Shown here piece by piece: positions 55,221-64,000 of a stretch of DNA of 64,000 nt; position 1 is the first letter of the stretch; every line of letters begins with the position of its first letter. The translations under genes and the position numbers were made by a program. Origin of the DNA: the human T2T-CHM13v2.0 reference genome, Homo sapiens; assembly GCF_009914755.1 (NCBI RefSeq), contig NC_060947.1; one strand, written 5' to 3'. Under the pieces are notes generated by a model. It had not been told where the DNA came from and did not search any database. It was given only the letters and a program-made list of their open reading frames with translations.

Positions 55221-55405
55221 ATAACAAGCATAATGGATTCAGACAGAGCACAGAGTACATTCCAAAAACCTGAAACCCCCAACTCTATTCCAGGACAAAA
55301 ATATGCAGTTTGTGTGTGGAGGTGACACAATCTCATAGCGCTAGTCTCGCTAACCTTTTGGTGAGCCCCAAACAGCCTGGCCCTCAAAACACTGTATGAT
55401 TTTTA

Positions 55406-55561
<156 letters not shown>

Positions 55562-55712
55562 TTATGAAGCCATGTTGCAGAGAGCTGCCAGTCACAAATT
55601 ACAAATATCACACTAGGAAATAAACCCTTTTACCCTCATTTTCATTTTTCTTCCAAAGGCATCAAAAATGAAGTCTTAAGTAAGGCATAACAGTGAGTGT
55701 CTAATCTCCGAA

Positions 55713-55763
55713 AAGAGGGAAGGAAGGAGGGAAGGAAGGAAAATAAGGAGAAGGAAAGGAAGG
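55713..55763. repeat. (GGAA)n-like purine-rich low-complexity tract
   Basis: Direct inspection. Confidence 0.7.
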
Positions 55764-57363
55764 GCTCCACTTTCCTGTGTGTGCCTATGAGTAGAAAGGG
55801 ATGAGAGAGATTTGGGACCTCTGGTACAGGTTGGATTGATGCGGGGAAGGTTCCAACAGAGCAAGGATTTTAGTCCAGAAGAACCAGAGACACTGTCTCT
55901 ATCTTTGAGAGAGCCAAAGAGAAGGGTGAATACTTTTCCCAGTGGGAGACAGGGAGTCCCCAGCTCCAGGAGCTGGCCTTCCACCCTGCAGAAAAATATA
56001 GTCAGTTATAACAAATACAGGTATTTTTAAAGTATGAATTCTGGAAGCTGCTATGGATATGATAGGAAATGGACTCTTACATCAATGAGGGCAGCTTAAC
56101 TAGTAAGCCAGATTAGAATTTCAATCAGAACTAAGTTTAACTAGAAACTGAAAACAATTTGGCAATATATATGAGTTGCCTTTGAGTGATATCTAACTCT
56201 CAGAAGGAAGTAAATGAAGATGGGGTCAAAGTTGGTATTGCAACATTAGTTATAGTAGCAAAATAAAAGAAGGAAGGAATAGTTAAATTAATTATGGTAT
56301 ACCCACTGATAAACTCACTAAAATAATGTTTATGAAGAGCTTGTTATATCACGGGAGAAGTGCTTGTTATAACGCTACGTAATAAAAAGACTATGTTTAT
56401 GTGTACAATGTGACCTTAAACATGTAAAAAATGCACAGGAAAAAAGACTTGGAGAAGATGCAGCCAAATGAAAGTTGGCAGTGGAATTTTTTTCTTTGTA
56501 TTCTGTTATATTTTCCAAAATATCTACAGTGAGCTCATATTAACTTTCATAGCCAAAACGTAACTTCATAAATGTGTGATTTATTCACACAGCCATAACA
56601 ATACTGCTTACTGATTTCTGGGATTTTGAGAGTTTCACACTTGCAGTCTGCAATGAATGGGAGGCCTCAGACACATCAGTTGACTGGACTGGTAGGTGAT
56701 AAGAACTCCCAGACATAGCCGTTAAGTGCCCTAACCTGGGGGAGCATCTGTGGCACATGCCATTGTGAGAGAGAGACCACCTGGTGTGAGACCCTAGTGG
56801 GAAAGAGAGAGGCCTGGCGTCCAGGCTGCCACAGAGGCCAGCGGCTCTGGCTTCAATGGGAACAAGGCACACCGCCGACAAACTGTGAGCCTACTCAGCC
56901 CGCTGAGTAGCGGGCTGCTCAGCCCGCTCTGGGCACACTGCTGAGTGGCAGAAATGGTGGTGCTCAAATATAATTTGGAAAAGTGAGGGTGTGTCTAGAA
57001 GAGGGTGACCAGGGTAGTGAGTGGGAGAGCTGAAAGGACAGGGCTGCTGATCCTGGAGGAGAAAAGTCTAAGAGCAGGGGTGAGATGGTCTGCAGACAGC
57101 TAAGTGTCAAAGTTAGACCAGACCTAGGTGGCTCCAGGAACTAGGAGAGAGTGACAGTAAAGGGGTTCTGTGTTCAACAGAGGGAAGCTAAGAGAGCCAG
57201 CTCAACGGCCTTTACCCTGCTGGTGCCCAGGTGGAGGGTGACTGTCCTCTCTGCAGGTTACAGGCAGGGTCCCTGCACTCCCTGCCCTATTGCAGAAACA
57301 AATGCACAGAATATGGAGAAGCATGCTTTTCTTTTGTGTAAACTGCTGATTTATAATACTGAT

Positions 57364-57736
57364 TGCTACGGTTTGAATGTGTCCCCTCCAAAATTGAGGT
57401 GTGGCCAATGTGATGGTATTAAGAGGTGGGGCCATAAGAGGCGATTAGGCCCTGAGGACTCCTCCCATCCTACATATCCTACATGGGATGAAGGCTCTTA
57501 CAAAACACACTTCGTGGAGCCTCTGGCTCTCTTGCCCTTCTGGTCTCCCCCATGGGAGGGCACAGCAGTCCTCCTCTTTGGAGGATGGAGCCCTTACTGG
57601 ACAACTGAGCCTGGTAGTGCCTTGGTCATGGACTTCCCAGCCTCCAGAACTGCGAGAAAAAGCATTTCGGTTCTGTATAAATGGCCTTGTCTGAGGTATT
57701 TTATTAAAGCAGTGAAGCAGCACATGGCCTGACACA
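57364..57736 (+). mobile_element. MSTC-like solo LTR (MaLR)
   Basis: TGCTACGGTTTGAATGTGTCCCCTCCAAAATT start; GGACTTCCCAGCCTCCAGAACTG. Confidence 0.75.
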
Positions 57737-57787
57737 CTGGCCGCTACCTGTCCTCCTCCCACCCCTTTTCCGGATTGTCACTCCTTA

Positions 57788-58042
<255 letters not shown>

Positions 58043-58777
58043 TCACGGCCATGGCCAGCCACCTGGATCTAGAGCTCTTATCTGCTACTTCTGGGAGCCA
58101 GAGGGATGGAAGGCAGCTGCTAGGCAGCACCGCACAGAGGGACTGTGCTGGGGATTCTTTTCGCCCACTTGCCTAAAATGTCCCAGCCTGGGGGGAGTCT
58201 CATCTGCAGGAGTGACGGGTCATGACAAAGGGTGTCCTTGTCTACATATCCCCAGCTGTGACACACGGTAGATACTCAAGGAGAGATGGAGGGAGGGAAG
58301 AAGGGAGAAAAGGAGGGGAGGAAAGGAACCTGTTTAAATTTCAATTTCTTGTTTCTTAATGTTGAAAGGAAAAGAGCAACTATGTCTTTTCTTGCGCTGA
58401 CTGAGAGTGAGGACTGTTTTGTCTTCGTCTTTGAATTTGTGCAGATCCTAGTATAATGTTCTGTGTGCAGTACATGCTCAATGAATTGTTTTATTTACCC
58501 CTCACTGAAAATACCACTAAACAATAATATCAAGTTTTTAAAACTCAAGCATTTCATCTCAATGAAAATATACCCTTTTACAAACATGATGGAATAAACA
58601 ATAATATATGGCTTTCTAGACGTGGCTTTTAAAAAAAAATGTTTTCTTCTCCATTAAAAAAAAAGCATGTTTCTCCTTTTATCCATGTACCTCTTCAAAA
58701 GAGATTCTCAGAAACTGTCCTTTGAGACTGTGATACAATAGTAAAGTTACTGAAAATAATTTTAAAAAGAGAAGGTA

Positions 58778-59065
58778 GCTGGGCATGGTAACTCCTCACA
58801 CCTGTAATCCGAGCACTTTGGGAGGCCAAGGTGGGAGGATCACTTGCGCCCAGGTGTTCAAGACCAGCCTGGGCAACATAGTGAGATATTGTATCTACAA
58901 AAAAAAAAAAAAAAAAAAAAAGGCCAGGTGAATGGTACACACCTCAGGTGGGAGAACCACTTGAGCCCAGGAGTTTGAGGTTGCAGTGAGCCATGATCGC
59001 ACCACTGCACTCAGCCTGAGTGACAGTGTGAGACCCTGTCTCAAAAAAAAAAAAAAAAAAAAAAG
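58778..59065 (+). mobile_element. AluJ with an internal deletion
   Basis: Alu consensus, long A linker and tail. Confidence 0.85.
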
Positions 59066-59206
59066 AGAGAGAGAAAGTAAGCAAAATATTTTCAATTTCT
59101 CTTCCTCTTGAGAAGAAAAGTACAAAACGTCTTAAGCATGTTAACTGTCACAATTACAATGACATGGAATGCCCACTTGGCAAACACGTGTGTGGGTTCT
59201 GCCTAC

Positions 59207-59254
59207 CTGTCTCATCATGCACTGGAGAAGACCTCGCATCAGCTTCACCACGTT
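59207..59254 (-). CDS. PHKA2: PHKA2 exon 3, NVVKLMRGLLQCMMRQ
   Basis: AG/GT borders, 48 nt. Confidence 0.97.
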
Positions 59255-60417
59255 CTGTGGAGATAAAGCAGAATCAGCAACACGGCCCAGGGTCCTTGCT
59301 GCAGGAAAATCACCTCCTGATCACTGTGGCTGGCAAGCCAGTGCTGCCCAGCAACTGCCCTGGAAAGGCCAGTCCCGAGCCTACGTGAGTGTTCTGATGG
59401 TTCATGTCCTCTCCACTCCATCATAAAGAAAGAAAAATCTCGACAAAGTGACTTATCTCAAATAAAGGGGTTGGATCAGATGATATCTGCCACCTCTGAA
59501 ATTCAGTGACTCCTCGTTGACATCTTAGCAACACAATTTCTGTAAGTGTAGTACTCTGGAGCTTTATGTCACATTTCTTGGTAATTTATTTTTCTTACAC
59601 TAAGTCCACCACGCCTGCCCAAAAGTAATGTTTGCCAACATGGCCATTTGTGAAACCATCACTGAATTACCGAGTAAAGCTCTAACAAAATGCAAGTGAC
59701 AGCCAAGGTTTCTGAATAATAGGATTTATTGTAACCAATTACTAGTCTTATTATCCTCATTATAAATAACAACAATAATGCTACGTTAATACATGAGACA
59801 CCATGTCACAGACGATCCACTGACCGTGAGGCCATCGAAGAATGTCTGAATCAAAGATAAATCCCAAGGGCTCTCATGCCAAGAGAATGATTTTTATATT
59901 TCAGTGCTCTCTACTTCAATGCTACCACTCAAAACACTTGGAAAATACCTCCTGTGTTCAGGGACAGATTATTTTGTTACAAACTCAGTGATGGCAAATC
60001 TTTGGTAGGTATCTTGGTTCTGGATTTTGGAAAACAATAAAAGGACTTCATTGTCCTGTATGGTGAATAATATAGGCCCCCAAATTGGATAACACCAATT
60101 TGGTTCAAAATTAAAGGGTGACCATAAATTAATAAGATTGCTTTCCTGGAATGGTTCAAATTAGAAACGTATTTTTAAGGGAAGTTTCAAAAATATTTTA
60201 AGCAGTGGCAATAATGTTTGGATAAATATCCTTCCAGTGTGACTACTCTGAAGAGTACATGCTTTGGAATGTGAAGCTGTGGTGAGGTGACTTTTAAAAA
60301 ACATATCAGTTTATGATGATGTCTTGTGTATAAATATGTACAAAATGGATAAAGTACGTGTGAAAGAAATGTAACTAATTATACAAATTGACACTTTGGG
60401 GTTAGAAATGTGGATGC

Positions 60418-60730
<313 letters not shown>

Positions 60731-60918
60731 CTATTTGGTGTGATTTTGGATGTTGTCATTGTTTTATGTGGGAATCTCCAAACTCAAACAGAAAGACCAA
60801 TGTGAGGTTGAGATAATCTAAGTACCTCCCCAAAATATTCTATAGCAGAAATAGAGGAGAGGCCTACACCCAAACAGTTCTGCACACACAGCTACTTCTC
60901 TGTGGGTTTTTCAGTTCA

Positions 60919-61125
<207 letters not shown>

Positions 61126-61737
61126 CTATTAGAGAAGAGACACAAAATGGCTCAGTGCCATCCTTCATGCAGTCCCTGGGTAACAGATGCTTGTCCTAAC
61201 AGGGTAGATGAGGACCGGGACCTGGAGCAGGGAGACCAAAGTTCCAGTCCTTGCTCTGCCCCTAACAGTGTGATCTTGGGTGAGACATCACATGCCTTCT
61301 CAGCACCTTAGTTTCCTCACTTGTATAATGAGGATATGTGACTAGAAAATCTCTCAGAAACATTCCAGCTCTTATGTTCTTTTGCTTTCAGACGAGACCA
61401 CACTGTTGTAAGTGGTAAAACAGAAGAAACAGCAAACAGGAAAAGACTGCAAGGCTTTCACAAAGCTGCATATTGCAGACCTTAGGTCTTCTTCAGTCTT
61501 CATGTGTCCGCACTAATAGGTAAAGCATTGAACCTGTGAGCAAGAAACCTGGAGGCAGGGCCCCACTCCGCTCTCTAGCTGTGTGTGCCCAGGGAAGCCA
61601 CTTTCCCTCTCTGGGCAATCCAGATACTTCATGTGCCTAAACAGAAGGTGCCAAGCAAGAGGACATCTGGGAGTCCTATTTAGCTATGATATCACGGGTA
61701 TTTAAAAGGGCAACTGAGTCACTAAAAAGCCAGACCT

Positions 61738-62225
61738 TGCCACAAAAAATTATACACAAATGTTCATAGCAGCATTATTCACAAAAGCCAAAAAGTGGAA
61801 ATAAGCCAAATACTCATCAACTGATAAATGGATAAACGAAATGCGGTCTATACAAACAATGAAACATTATTTGGCAGAAAAAGGAAGTATGGATGCATGC
61901 TACAACAGGGATGGACCTTGAAGACATCACCCTAAGTGAAAGAAGCCAGATGCCAAAGGCTACATAGTGTGTGATTCCATTTGTATGAAAAGTCTAGAAA
62001 AAGCAACGCTATAGAGACATAAAGTAGATTAGTGGTTGACTGGGCTGGGAGTAGAGGTAGAATCTGGAAGTCAGTGGCTGCTAGTAGTTTTTTTTTTTTT
62101 TTTTTGGTGATGAAAATGCTCGAAAATTGATTGTGGTGATGAATGCACAAATCTGTGAATATACTAAAAACCATCCAGTTGTACAGCTTAAATAGGTGAA
62201 TTGTATGGTAAGTAAATAAAGCTAT
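61738..62225 (+). mobile_element. L1MB-type 3' fragment
   Basis: AAATGTTCATAGCAGCATTATTC...CTAAGTGAAAGAAGCCAGA...GTGAATATACTAAAAACCA. Confidence 0.75.
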
Positions 62226-62754
62226 TAATTTTTTAAAAGCCAGTCCTAATAAACTCTGCCTAGAAATCAGATTAAAGAGTCACATAATGATAAAGCCTCT
62301 GTTGACATTTCCTGAAAATTTGTACATATCTAATAAAATGTATCATAACAATCAGAACCTTGTAAGCTTAAAAAAATTACATTACTGTAAAGGGCACCAT
62401 ATTATTTACAAGAGAGCTCATGAAAAAACTGCACTGGGTACTTTCATAGTGATACTGCCAATATTAAGTAAAAAACACTGGCATGGTTTCACATGTTCCC
62501 ACCTAAGGAATTAAATATTTGACTTTCTCCTCTAACAAATCTATGCCCTCTATCAAAACATTTAAAACTCAACTGATATTACCCACAGGGGCAATGGCAT
62601 TCTATATATTGACATGGTTCTACGGCCAACAACTATGAATCACTGATGTTAAAGTCAACCAGAATTGAAACCTAGGAATGACTGAAAGTACAAATCTTAT
62701 TCCAATAGTGGACTACTGGTATTCTTTTTAAATAACGTATAACATAAGCATTTT

Positions 62755-63131
<377 letters not shown>

Positions 63132-63570
63132 TCAACCCATTCCTTGTGTGCCCACCAACCATGAGTCTACTAAAACAAACAACCTTCTGGTGACACAGCA
63201 GTGATCGCTTACACATAGTGACAAGTGTGGTTTGGATTATGAAATATCCCTGTCCTGTTAACTGAAAGTCATCTATCTTACTCTTTAGACACGCTTAACT
63301 GTTGGAGTAGATTAGTTCATCCTCACCCAAAGCTATACTGTCTGTCCCCCTCATTCAACTACAGAGAAGCAGTCTGAATGTTTCAGGGGATTCTCATATT
63401 CAGAACCATACACATACATGCCGTGTAAAATTAGGGTGTTACTGCACTCAGCAATAGGAATATTTACTTTTTGACTTGCTTCTCTTGTTAAGTCTATAAA
63501 AACCAGTGCATTGTGTTGGAAGAAGATGGGGGTGGTTCCATTTTGATGTGATTCATAAAAACTGAAATGA

Positions 63571-63959
<389 letters not shown>

Positions 63960-64000
63960 TGAGTCATTCCCTTGCCTGGAGATGGACTATGCTGCCATAT

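Noticed and set aside
57151-57732. 193-aa plus-strand ORF
   Set aside because: Mostly MST LTR sequence, non-ATG start, no recognisable domain

Overview
Human (primate) genomic DNA, not microbial. The window holds most of PHKA2 (phosphorylase kinase regulatory subunit alpha 2, liver isoform; X-linked glycogen storage disease IXa gene) on the minus strand. I traced coding exons 2-33 by hand, from 61125 down to the TAG stop at 199-201; all have canonical GT-AG borders. They sum to 3630 nt, which with a 78-nt exon 1 outside the window gives a 3708-nt CDS (1235 aa) ending in the CaaX box CQMQ. The introns are full of Alus, MaLR/ERV1 solo LTRs, Tigger3, MER20, MER58, HAL1, L1, L2 and MIR remnants; most ORF-track entries are noise from these. 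I see no new multi-gene system. The most interesting details are: (1) an MLT1A LTR that inserted exactly into the exon 21 splice donor and duplicated GTAAG as its target-site duplication, leaving twin donors; (2) a stop-free, in-frame 111-nt intron 24 with a weak donor; (3) splicing signals around the multiphosphorylation-domain exons 28-31; (4) a candidate plus-strand terminal exon consistent with PHKA2-AS1; (5) a 38-bp triple-palindrome that looks like a template-switch scar. Exon numbers and repeat subfamily names come from memory of the known gene and consensus sequences, not from a database search.
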